This document shows, piece after piece, positions 26,800 through 38,190 of a DNA stretch of 64,000 nucleotides. How positions within the stretch are numbered: position 1 is the first letter of the stretch; every line of letters starts with the position of its first letter. The stretch is from Camelus dromedarius (lineage: Eukaryota), in the NCBI RefSeq assembly GCF_036321535.1, contig NC_087436.1, forward strand, positions 21,826,001 to 21,890,000. The letters run 5' to 3'. The translations under genes and the position numbers were made by a program. The notes beneath the pieces are model-generated. The model searched no databases. It worked only from the letters and a program-made list of their open reading frames with translations, and was not told the origin of the DNA.

Positions 26800-27195
26800 T
26801 CCTTGTCACAGTAAACTTTTCAGCCTTTTCTCTAGATGTGCTGTCTTTTCATGAATTCATGTTGTTTTCCTGCCTAGAAATACCTTCTATCACACAACCT
26901 ATCATTGCCTACACATTTTTAAAGACACAGCTTAAGGATCAGCTCTGTACACTCTCTCTCTTTCCCCCTTCACTCAAACTCACACACACACACTCTCATG
27001 CTTCAACTCCTCAAGAAAAATCTCTCCTTGCTGAAGCAGCGCCTCTGCATCCATCCTCTTGAACTCAATCTCATTACATGTACTGTTACACCAAACTCTG
27101 ATCATCTCCAGTTCAGCTCCCATTTCTTATACTTATCTACTCATATTCTGCCACATCAAAAACAGGCCGTAAACGTTTGTTGAATAAGTAAATGA
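26800..27195. mobile_element. L2 remnant
   Basis: TTTCCTGCCTAGAAATACCTT...GTAAACGTTTGTTGAATAAGTAAATGAA resembles an L2 3' end. Confidence 0.5.
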
Positions 27196-28334
27196 AAATC
27201 AACAACCTAAAAGATTTAGAGCTCAACCCAATAATCAGTCAGTGTTGAATGACTGTCTCTTCTCCCAGGAAGCAGTTCTAACATATGCTTGAGAACCTCC
27301 TTGCTCTCCCAGAAGTCCCGGGTTGAGAGAAGAACTGATGGACATGCTCTTTAGCCATTAATTACCTTTGTTTATTTCCTTAGCTCTAGAAGAGAACAGC
27401 AAACTCTCATCTGTGTAGTAGTATATTTTGTTTACTGAATTATTAATTGCAGGACAGCTAAATCTTGCTTCCATAAAAAATGGGTGAAAAAAGGGTAATA
27501 AATGAAGTGTGAGAGAAGCAGATTTTTTTATTGCCTCTTATGGACATATTGTGAACAGTAATGGATTATTTCTTTGGAAAGAAATGCTTTGTGTCATCCC
27601 TTTTATGTTTCGTTTGTTCTCTGCCCTCCATACACCTTCCCTGTCATGCCGCCTGGGCACTTACTGTGTTTATCATTTGTTTGGAGGACTCCGTGGGAAG
27701 AATCAATCTGTCATAGGGAATAAACACACTTTCATTGCAAAGAAATGAAACATTAGGGATTCCATAATATAGTGGGGTCATATGTTTATGAAATGTGCAT
27801 CAAAAAGATGAATCAGAGGAAAATATAAGCAACCAGAGCATTCATAGAATAATCAGAACAGGAAAATGGTGCTCTTGGATGACACTTTCAAAGAATATGT
27901 TTTGAGAGTGGGGAGTTGGCTGAAATGCACTGATATTCCATAGAGGTGGGAAAATGGAAGAGTGTCATTTAGGTTATGCTCTGGTGTCACAGAGAAGGGC
28001 TCTTGTACCAGGGAGCTGTGTATCCACAGCTTTAGTGACAACGTAGATAGCCACTTGCAAGCATCTCTCAAGCAAAGTCCTTTAATCATAGCTTAGTTGC
28101 GTGAAGCTTTCATTTAGATGAGTGATGCACTGAGGAAACAGCTTTGTTGATGTGTTTGGATGGAGATGTATACCACAGAATGGAAGAAATAGTCTTCCTA
28201 GAGCATTAAATAATATTTATTTATTTGAGGAAATGTCAAGTGTTAGGAACAATTAACTTTTTCTGCCATTTGAGGGAGATAGATTTTTCAAATGGAAAAA
28301 TGCAGGAGGGATATATAATTTTTAAAAAAAATAC

Positions 28335-28875
28335 TGTGTAAAAATTCCTGCAAACTCAGTGGCTTAAAACAATGTCCATGTATTGGTTCATGGTTCTTTG
28401 GGGCAGAAGCTTGGGATCTCTTGAGGCTGAAATCAAGGTGTAAATTGGGCTAAAATCCTACTTGGAACTCAGGGTCCTCTTCGAAGTCACATGGTTGTTG
28501 GCAGAATCCAGTTATTTGTGGCTGTAAAATCAAGGTCCCTGCCTTCTTGGTGACTGTTGGCTGGAGGTTGATCTCAGCTCATAGAGGTGGCTCTGAGGTC
28601 CTTGCCACATGGCTCTCTTAGTCCTTGTAGCCAGTGTCAGAGACTCTGCCTCAGGTCAAATCTCTAACTTTAGGAACAGCCATATCCCTTTAAAGGATTT
28701 ACCTGCTTAGGTTACTTCTTTTTGATGAATTCAAAGCCAGTTGATTATTAACTTAATCATGGAGATAATAGTCTGTCATACGCAAGTTTTACCCACATTC
28801 TAAAGGAGGGAATTATACAAGGCTTGTATACCAGGGATGAGACCACTGGAGGCCACCTTAGGATTCTGTCACCAC
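28335..28875 (-). mobile_element. MaLR LTR (MLT1D/E-like)
   Basis: AAACTCAGTGGCTTAAAACAA...GAGGCTGAAATCAAGGTG...GGCAGAATCCAGTT...TTAGGATTCTGTCACCACA. Confidence 0.8.
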
Positions 28876-28945
28876 AGTGGCTCTCTGTTTTAGGAGGGTG
28901 ACCCTGGCAAAGTATGAATGATAGATTAGAAAGGTAAGAAGATAC

Positions 28946-28990
28946 AGCCAATAGGCGCCATCTTGTGTGCCGCTTCCGGTCATGTGGTGG
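28946..28990. promoter_or_regulatory. Compact CCAAT / YY1 / ETS / E-box motif cluster
   Basis: CCAAT 28948-28952, CGCCATCTTG 28956-28965, CTTCCGGT 28973-28980, CATGTG 28981-28986. Confidence 0.4.
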
Positions 28991-30059
28991 GGCTTCCTAG
29001 CGCATCGTGCTTAGGATGCACCAAGGCAGAAGGAGCCTCATAATTAAGCAAAGGAGTGGGGAGCAGCAGCAAAGGCATGATTCATTTACCACCCTTGACT
29101 TTTAGAGGGCGTCCCACTAGTCCTGAAAAAAAGACAGTGTCAACCTGAATCAAAGCAGGTACAACATAATGGAGTGGTTGGAAGATAGGCACACACCTTG
29201 AGGCTGTGATAGACCTTGAACAAGGAAACCGGAGGGAGAAGTGAAGATGATTCTGTTTGGCGGCATCACATGAGGGCTATTCACACAGGTTGCCTCAGGC
29301 AGTCAGAAGTGCACTCATGTCTGAGATAAGAGGGCATTTGGGAGCCTCCAGAGGACTCTCACTGGCCAAAAGTCTTTATGCCTCTTGGAAAAATCCAATT
29401 CCCATGGCTTAACACAGCGTTTTTTAATTAAAAAAAATAAGGGTCCAAGATGTCCATATCCTGTGGTAGCTTCTGTTTTCTACCGAGGCTATGATCTGCT
29501 GTGCCCATCTTTTTGCTTCTCCTGGATCACTAGTGACCTTCACTGATGTTCCTCTTCTAAGCCCCCTTGCCTATCTTCTTCTCTTGGTCCAGGGAGTTTT
29601 CCTGATGAGTTCCTTCCTCCTTCTCCACTCATGGGCTCTCTTCTCAATGTAAGGCAATTCATTTACCAGGACTGAACTGCAACAACTTCCATTTTTTCCC
29701 TTCATTTTATGTTCCATCTCTTCATCTACCACAATTCCTTACTGAACAGGTATTGCCATGTACACGGAGGTGCTTGGGAGCAGTTTGGCATCTGAGTACA
29801 GAGCTTGGGAGAGAGATTAAAGGCTGAGAACTTTCTTAAAAAAAAAAAAAAGTAAACCTTCACTTTTGATTAACATCAGCATTAAAAAGAAATCTCTGAC
29901 TTTGCTGCACTGGTGAAGGGAAAATGGTGTGGAAAGTATCACAGTGTTAGCAAAATGGTTTCATTTATATCATTAGCATTTGTAGCCCTGTCCCGCTTTG
30001 AGTTTCTGGGAGCCCGGTGAGATTAATTTGCCATAAAAATAAAAATCTATAGTTATAGC

Positions 30060-30560
30060 AGCAACCATTCATTGAGCATCTACTCTGTGCCAAGTCATTT
30101 ATACACGAGGCAATAATGGTGAAGTTGTTCAAGCAAATGGACTCTGGAACCAGAATATTTGAGTCCAAATCTCAGTTTCCAATGTAACTATATTCTCGTC
30201 AGTAAGTTACTTAACCTTTTGTGTCTGTTTTACTATCTGTAAGATGAGGATAATAATAACATTTGCCTCTAGACTTTTTCTGCAGACAAATAAATTATAA
30301 TATTTAGAACACTTGGAAGAGTGTCTTATCCATGGCAAACACTAAATAAATGTGAACTGTTATTTGTATGCATCATAACATTTTGTCCACACAATTATCT
30401 ATGGAGGAAGGGAGGATTATTACATTTATCAGTGAGAAAACAGAGACTCAAAGATGTTTTTTAAGAAAATTGTCAAATATCTCCGAGTGAGAAAGGGCAT
30501 GAAGTTGCAATTTAAATCCTATTGTGTAATTGACAGTCATGTCCTTTCCGTGATCTTCTG
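30060..30560. mobile_element. Nested MIR SINEs
   Basis: TAAGTTACTTAACCTTTTGTGTCTGTTT..CTGTAAGATGAGGATAATAATA lying inside an opposite-strand MIR. Confidence 0.7.
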
Positions 30561-31563
30561 GATTTATTCTTCATGTTTGCGTTAAATACAGATGATTGAC
30601 GTTAAGAAATATTTCTTTTCCTCCTGAATAATTGTTCTGGACTGGATATAATTGACCCCCATCTAACACAGTGTCTAGCACGCAGGAACTCCATAAAGGC
30701 AGGCAGCTGTCATCAGTATCTATTTCAGCATAAACTGTTGAGAACTGACCTAAAAGGATATAATTTTTAAAATTTAGAGCCATATAGCTTACCTCTCTAC
30801 TGGTTAGTTTCTCACACACAGAAATTCTCTCTCTCTCTTTTTTTGAAGGGGAGAGTCAGATTCAGTCCATCATAGGAGGAAGGACTTACAGTTCATTCTT
30901 ATTTCCTTATTTTACATTTATATTTGATGATAAAGACATTGCAGCCAGTAAAGCAGCAGGCCGTCAAATACAATGGAATCAGTGAATAATGGACAGTGGG
31001 GTTAAAATGTCCTGATTTTATTCTTGGTTTTCTATTGAAAATAAATAAGAAATGATAGTATGAAGAATTCAGATACACTTGGTAAAAAGCCCAGCTTCTT
31101 CAGTAACACTGAAGGTTATTTTTTGGATGTTCTAAATTTACTTTTTGTGGTGTGCACTTCTATGAATTTTAACATATGTATAGACTTGTGCAAGTACCAG
31201 TACAATCAGGATACAGAGCAGTTCCATCATCCCAAAAAGCCCCCTCAAAGGTTATGCTTTAAGTGAGTCTTTGGGGAAAAAAATAAATAAGAAGGTTAAA
31301 CTCAGAGATACAAAAAAGAATGAGAAAATACTGAAAACAAGATTGCATATTTGAACAAACTCTGAAGACCTGAGTTCTTCTCCTGCTCATTGTCTGTGTA
31401 ATTTTTGTGAACATCCTTCACTTTTTTAAACCTAAGTTCTTTCATCTTTAAAATAAGGAAGTTAGTCTAAATGAGCCCTACTCCTCTTACTTGGTCTCAG
31501 ATTCTGGCATTATGATTCTGTGTTAAATTAGGTGAACCCAAACTTTTCAGAAAGAATCCTTGC

Positions 31564-31664
31564 TTTATTTATTATTTTAATTTTTGGGGGGAGGTAATTA
31601 GGTTTATTTATTTATTGTTTTAACGGAGGTACTGGGAATTGCACCCAGGACCTCCTGCATGCCT
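31564..31664 (-). mobile_element. 5'-truncated tRNA-derived SINE (camelid/Vicugna-type)
   Basis: Minus strand GCATGCAGGAGGTCCTGGGTGCAATTCCCAGTACCTCC (B-box-like), then (TAAA)n-CCTAATTACCTCCCCCC and an A-rich tail. Confidence 0.75.
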
Positions 31665-33431
31665 TAATTTAGTTTTTAAATAAATGAATTTCTTCCATTC
31701 CCTTTTTAAATCTACTCCTGAGATGTAGTATTTAACCCCATGTTTAGATTCATTTCTTGATCTGCCCTTTGGAAAAGTTACTATAGCACATAAAGTACAT
31801 AGCATCACATTTTCCTTCATTCCCTCTAGAGCATATGATTTAAATTATGGTTTCACCATTGTGATGACAGTTTGCCATATTGCTACTTCAATGTGATATT
31901 TTGATTAAGGAATTATTATAATTTTTGGTGGCCCATCTGCAACAAGAGAAGATGAAATTGGAGGAATGACAAGGGATGGAAGAAACTCAGACTTTCGCAC
32001 TGTCCTCTCTGTTGCAGTTCCTGGAAGCTGTGTTGACATGATCCACTTTGGCAAGGCAAGGTGAAGGAAGATGTGTGTGCCCTTCACCCAGGGTTTTCTA
32101 TCAGATTTCTGCTGTGGCTGACAAGTTTCACAGATGATGGACTCAGGGCCATTTCCCCCTTTCATCTGTGCTGTTTCCTCTGAACTCCAGGAGACACTGT
32201 GCTTGGGAAGTAAGACACTTGGCGCCTGGAATAGCACCAGATTTTTTAAGTTGTCTCACAAGCTAAATTTTATGAAATTAGTAACAGAGTATTCCCTCAT
32301 TATATCACTAAATCTCATTTCCTCTCATGGCCATTTTGCGCCCCCTCTGGGTGGCTAGACGGTGGCTACCTGCTGTGAACTTCTCACTGATGCTGGGCCA
32401 GTCTTGCTGCAGGGAGCAGGGAGGACAGTGGGCAATGAGCCGGGGTCCCTGTCTGCAGGAGTTCCCCCTCCCAGCTGCCGTCACTGAGAGTCTGTGACCC
32501 AGAAGGACGGTGATGCAGGGCAGCTATGATCGTGTGCGCACTGGAGTGAATGTACCTCAGCTGTGTGCATCAACAGTGGCTGTAGGCATGGAGCCTTCTG
32601 GTGGGCTAGAAACTCCTGGTGCTCAAGGAGAGACATTGAGTAGAATGAACGATTACAAATCAGGGGTGTAAAGACTCTAGCCTTGAACATGTTTGGGTGG
32701 TTGAGGGTTTATTTTGACCATTGTCACTGAATTTAAGCATGAATTTCTCTTAACCAAGAATTTTTCTATAGCCTGGAGGGATGCAGAGCACACTGGCTAT
32801 TTTATACAACAAACTCATGATATTTGTGGATTCAACCTTGGAGGACTTGGTTATTTACAAACAACCCTAAGGGTCATGATATAATTTTTTAAGTGTAATT
32901 TAAGGTATGGCTTTCAGTAATACGCACTGTGAGACTGATGTGTGGGACTAAGCCATTAACTGATGAGGGGATTTAGCCAACCACCAGCATCGATATCGAT
33001 ACTCTTCGCATTCCTCATTTTTTTACTGTATAGCTTTTTGTGTAGTGATTTAAACATTTTTCTTTGTAATGTGTGATGGACAGGTATTTTCAGAGACCGT
33101 GGGACTATGGACAGAAATTATATTTGTGAAAAATTAAGAGGTCTTTACAAAAATCTATGTGTTGTGAACTTTAGATTTCCCAAGGATCTCTAGCTATAGC
33201 TCCCCCAAATATTAAGAGTCTGCTGTAGTGTAATTAGTGTCTGTACTGTGGGATCCCATTAACCCCTATTAATTCAAAGTAGAGTTGACCTTGGTAGTAG
33301 CATGGAACAGTCCTTTATTCCTGTAATCTTGAAACCGTTTTATTGTACATCCTATCAGAGAAAAATCATGCATGTATTATGTGTATGTTAATTTGCATAT
33401 TGTAAAAAGGGAGTGCTAACAAATCTATGTA

Positions 33432-33842
33432 ACAATTAAGCTTAGGTTCAGCTGCATGCCATAGAAAATTATCTAAAATAGTGTCTTAAACTAGATGACG
33501 TTTTATTTTTCTTGCATGTGAAATCTGGAGGTTGACTGTTGAAAGCTGTTTGGTAGGTCCCTGAGGTCATCAAGTAAAAAGCTCTCTTCTTCCTGAGCTT
33601 CTGTCCTCACATAAGTCTTCTTCCTCATGGCATAAGGTAGCTGCTGAATCCCTAGCTATCATGTCCACATTCTAAGCAGCAGTACTGTGACTGCATCACA
33701 GTGGCCAAAACTTAGCTGCTAGGAAGGCCAGGAAATGGCAATCTTTATTCTAAGTGACAACATATTGAGCTAAAAATTGGGGTTTTCTTACTAAACAGGA
33801 AAGGATGGATTTTGCGATAGGCAATTAGCAGTCTGTATACAG
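33432..33842. mobile_element. Old MaLR LTR (MLT1K/L-like)
   Basis: TTAGGTTCAGCTGCA...TAGTGTCTTAAAC...GGAAGGCCAGGAAATG...GGCAATTAGCAGTCTG. Confidence 0.6.
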
Positions 33843-34880
33843 TGTATATTAAATGTTTGTGAAGCTTAATTTCTCTCTTAGCTTTTTATATACACAATAA
33901 ATATTAGTAGAAGTTTTCTTATTTTCTTTCTGTATACACATGGATCATCTTAAGCACCTACCAGGGTGTGGACCCCTCACACTGGAGGCAGAAGCAACAG
34001 AGTGCTTTCTCATGCACTGGCCATCTTCTTGAGAACCCCAACCAGAAGACACCATCCTTCCCCTGTCCCTTCTCCTGCTGAAGGTGGCTGGTGGGGCAGA
34101 CCTGCTGACAGCACACCTGTGTGCGCAGTGTGTACAATCACAGTGTGTGTGCTATCCTGCAGGCTGCAGAAACCTGTCCTTCCAGAGAGACCTCTCAGAG
34201 GAGAACTGAAGCACTTGAGAAACCAGTTTTGTTTTTGCACATGGATGAAAAAATAAAAAGAGATTTTGTAACTACTCAGGCCAGATAAAATGTTTAATTC
34301 CTACTTATTGTGTGTTATATGCTTGTCATTACTTGCTTTTCCTTGGAGCAAACAAAACAAGATCTGAACGATTCTAGATTCTTACTTACCCATACCAGCA
34401 TGTATTCTGGAGTGGTCCAGAAAAACTAATAAACTAGGGTTTCAGCAGCAAGATTTTAGTAAATTTGAGAATTGATGAGTTTGCATCATATTTTTCTTTA
34501 AGTATGTGTACATTGGTGTGCCATTTTCCAGTCTGCAAAGTATTCAGACATTTTTTTTCTCAGTTGATCCTCAAAAATATCCTTAAGGTACTTTGAAACT
34601 AATACAGAATCAAATCGTTTCAAAGTGGGTGATCACATGTTCTAAATGTTTAAGTCCCTGAGAAATAAAACAGTTTTCCCAACGCTGCACACCTAGCTTG
34701 GAATATAGCTGAAAACACACATCTTCTGACACCTAGGAAATATTCTTTCCAAATATTTGTTTTTATTTACCCAGAGATATGAACTCCAAGTATGAGAAGC
34801 ATATACTGTTAAAATACATGTTATTTTATCCTGAATGTTATTTACTTATCCTTTGTAATTTCAGTAAATGCATAACCGTA

Positions 34881-35066
34881 ACAGTGTTGAGTTACGAGCT
34901 CTATGTGGCTGTTTCAATTATCTAAAATGTAAACTCCAATTCCTCGACCACACTAGCCACACTTCAAGTGCTCAGTAGCCAGATACGGCTAGTGACTTCT
35001 GTCTCCAACAGGGCAAACTGAATAGCATTCCCATCATCATAGAAAGGTGGATTGGACAGTGCTCTG
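34881..35066. mobile_element. MER3/MER33-like hAT-Charlie MITE
   Basis: CACACTAGCCACACTTCAAGTGCTCAGTAGCC...CCATCATCATAGAAAG..ATTGGACAGTGCT. Confidence 0.75.
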
Positions 35067-36247
35067 TTAGAAGGCTAGCATATTTGTTACTTCTAGATGA
35101 ATTATGACTACATTCTTGTTTCAGCTGGTGCATGGGGCTGGCAGGAACAGTGAACAAACTAGCAGTATCAAAGGGTTTAGAGAATAGCTGACTCTTCAAG
35201 AAAGATTTTTCCTATTCAAGAGAAAATGAGTATGTGTGAAATTAGGATGGTAAATGCAACTAAGCAGATACATGGTTTTTAGGAAGTCAGCAGCACAATA
35301 GATATTTATAGATAGTACCCTAGATAAGCTTTTTTTGGGGAGGGGGAATTTTTAGATCATATTTTTTTTATCAGTGATAAAGCATTTTGGGGACAGTGTT
35401 CATATCAGTGAAGTTTTAAACACTTTGAGTTAATGTGCTACCCAACGATGTGAAGCTGAGCATGATAATCTTTCAGAAAAGGGGGAAAGAGAACCAAGTG
35501 CCCAGAGAGGAACAGGAGAGAAAGCTGAGTTCTGTCTTTTGGGATAAAAACACGCATTTACTTAATGTTCACACAACCACATCCTCATCGACCTGCATTT
35601 CTGGTTGAGCCGAAACCTTAAGATTCATTTCTGTGACTTTTACATGGCCATATTGTGCATCTGACAGGACTTGGGTAGTGAATTAAATCAGTCTCTCACC
35701 AGTGATTAGGCAGCCTCTGTGACCTGTGAGCCTCCACACAGTCTCACAGCCTTCCTGTGAATTACATTGAGACTACTGGGAAATCGCTGGGAGCATTAAG
35801 CGGGGAATGGAGAGGCAAACCACAGAAAAACAGGAAAGGAATAAAGCAGTAAGTAAGTGTAAGTTCAAACTAGGATAATCTCAGTGCAGAGTAAGAAAAG
35901 AAAAATATGTCACAAAGCAAGAGTTGAACTTCTTTTAAAGCATAAATGGAGTTTTGAGAGGGAGAAAGAAAGGTGGGCTCTTCTGAGTCAGTGATGGGTC
36001 CTGAGATGTTCGTGAATGTGCTTGCATTGTGGAAAGGGTGGAGGTGAAGAAGAGACCTTGGGAAGGCCTGGTGGGATCAGAAAGGGTGCCTTTGGTTCGT
36101 GATAAAAGCGTTGGCTAGAGAGGTGGGATACAGCAAAGAAAGAGAAGAGCTTGAAAGCAAGGGTGTTGGCTGTGGAAGGTGCTGTCAAAGGCAGCTTCTG
36201 TGGATTCTTGGTTGGAGAGGGGCGTGGCCAAACTGGTCCTCCAAGAC

Positions 36248-36271
36248 CTGATCCACCTTAAGGTGGATCAG
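36248..36271. repeat. Perfect 24-bp palindrome
   Basis: CTGATCCACCTT|AAGGTGGATCAG. Confidence 0.95.
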
Positions 36272-37775
36272 ACACAGAGCGACAGTGGAGCCCAGAGGGT
36301 CCTGCTATGACCTCGGAAGTCCACTAATATTTCTTGAGCGCCTGCTGTCTTTCAGGCATTGTCCTAGGCACTGGGTTTACAATAGAGACAAGCCAGAGAC
36401 TGATTTTGAGAGAAATGGGAGGAAAATTACAAGGTATTAAGAAAGGAAAGAGTAGTTCCAAGGTACAGGAGGTTTATAAATCCCTCATATATCAGAATGT
36501 TGGCATCACAAAAGGAGATGCTTTTCTTGTTTAGACCATTTATATAATCATGTTGGTTTGTAATCCCTGTTTTCTCCAAACTCATTGCAATGTTGAAGGT
36601 GTGATATTTCCGGGGAGGTAAGAGGAATGACTGCCCTTTGACTGGCTTTTGCCTTATCTAAGGAGGTCAATGAAGGGGAGAAGTGCGGATAATCCTGGCA
36701 GGAAACTCCGGAAGGAAATATCTGCCTTTATTTTAAGGAAATCTGATGGGCAGGGCAGCAGTCACTGCGCTGTTTATAATTAGAAGGCAACAGGCCCTCA
36801 GGGAGGTGATTCTTTCATTCATCCCAAAACAAAACAAAATGAAATTCACAAAACCTCTCAAATGCTTGCCTGTGCCCTGAAGATATAGCAGTAAATAGTC
36901 AGGTAATGGGAAGTGTCTGGTGGGGAGTGCCTGAGGTTCTGTGCTGATGCCTGGGGCATGCTCCATGCTGTCCTGGTCTGCAGAGGGGGCTGTGGCCATT
37001 CGTACCCTAGAGCAGAAACCATGTTTTCCATTCATGTTGAAAACAGATTTTCAAATAACTGAGGGCAGTAATGGAGGGTCCTTTTCTTCCCTTTGTCCCT
37101 AGCAGGGTATATGAATTGAAATCACCTGATCCTGAAAGCTAATATGTGTTCTTAAAAAAAAGATGTATATCTTCTCTATAAATTGTTGTCTTCTCTATGA
37201 TTATTCTGTAGAACAAAACTGATATCATGTGCAGAAAAAGAGTAAGTCTTTATACAGAGGCTTAACATATTATTAGCTCTTAACTTTTTTATTGAAGTAT
37301 AGTCAGTTTACAGTGTGTCAGTTTCTGGTGTACAGCATAGTGGTTCTTTTATATATACATCCCTTTTCATATTCTTTTTCATTATGGGCTATTACAAGGT
37401 ATTGAATATAGTTCTCTGTGCTATACAGTAGGACCTTGTTGCTTATATGTTTTATATATAGTAGTTAATATTTGCAAATCTTGAACTCCCAATTTATCTC
37501 TTTCGTCTCTCCCCCTCTCCATAACCATGTTTGTGTATTATGTCTGTGGATCTGTTTCTGTTCTGTAGATGAGTTCATGAGTGTCTTCTTTTTTCTTTTT
37601 TTAGATTCCACAGGTAAGTGATATCATATGATATTTTTCTTTCTCTTTCTGGCTTACTTCATTTAGAATGACAATCTCCAGGTCCATCCATGTTGCTCAA
37701 AATGGCATTATTTTATTCTTTTTTATGGCTGAGTAGTATCCCATTGTATAAATATACCACATCTTCTCTATCCAG

Positions 37776-38190
37776 TGTCGGTGTCGCGATACCATGTACA
37801 CATATACGCTATATGCGGAGAGAGCTGATGGCTGCTCTGAAGCTTTATTAAGTTGCACAGTCTTATATAACAAAGAAGAATGACAAGGGAAATGGTTAAC
37901 AGGCAGCATTTGGCTCAAGGTCAGAAGACCCTTTATGTTTTGGTAAATCATGTTCCTGTTGGCAACAGCGAGCCTTACAGCTTATCAGGGCAGAACGTAT
38001 GAGAAACGGCTGCTTTACAACATTCTTCCTGGACTCAGGCAGCTGTGCCTGTCTTAGGTTGCCCCCCTCTGGGGATTTTACCCGTCCTTGGCTAACCAGC
38101 ATTCTCACCTCTGAGTCTGCATCTTTTTAGAACTTGTTTACCATTCCGGCCCAAGACTCGTTCCTTGGTTCCCACAGTCGGGGGCCTACA
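37776..38190 (-). mobile_element. Solo LTR, class II (betaretrovirus/ERVK-like), 415 bp
   Basis: TG...CA termini; perfect 6-bp TSD ATCCAG (37770-37775, 38191-38196); minus-strand TATA (37863-37870) followed 13 nt later by AATAAA (37844-37849). Confidence 0.9.
38042..38092 (-). other. Half-CTE-like RNA export motif (NXF1/TAP-binding loop) within the LTR
   Basis: Minus strand GCCAAGGACGGGTAAAATCCCCAGAGGGGGGCAACCTAAGACAGGCACAGC versus recalled MPMV CTE core CCAATGACGGGTAA...CAACCTAAGACAGGCGCAGC. Confidence 0.7.

Noticed and set aside
26299..27062. Overlapping 143-aa and 115-aa ORFs
   Set aside because: Overlap old LTR-like and L2 relics; no protein signature
32989..33000. 12-bp palindrome ATCGATATCGAT
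   Set aside because: Short enough to occur by chance in 64 kb
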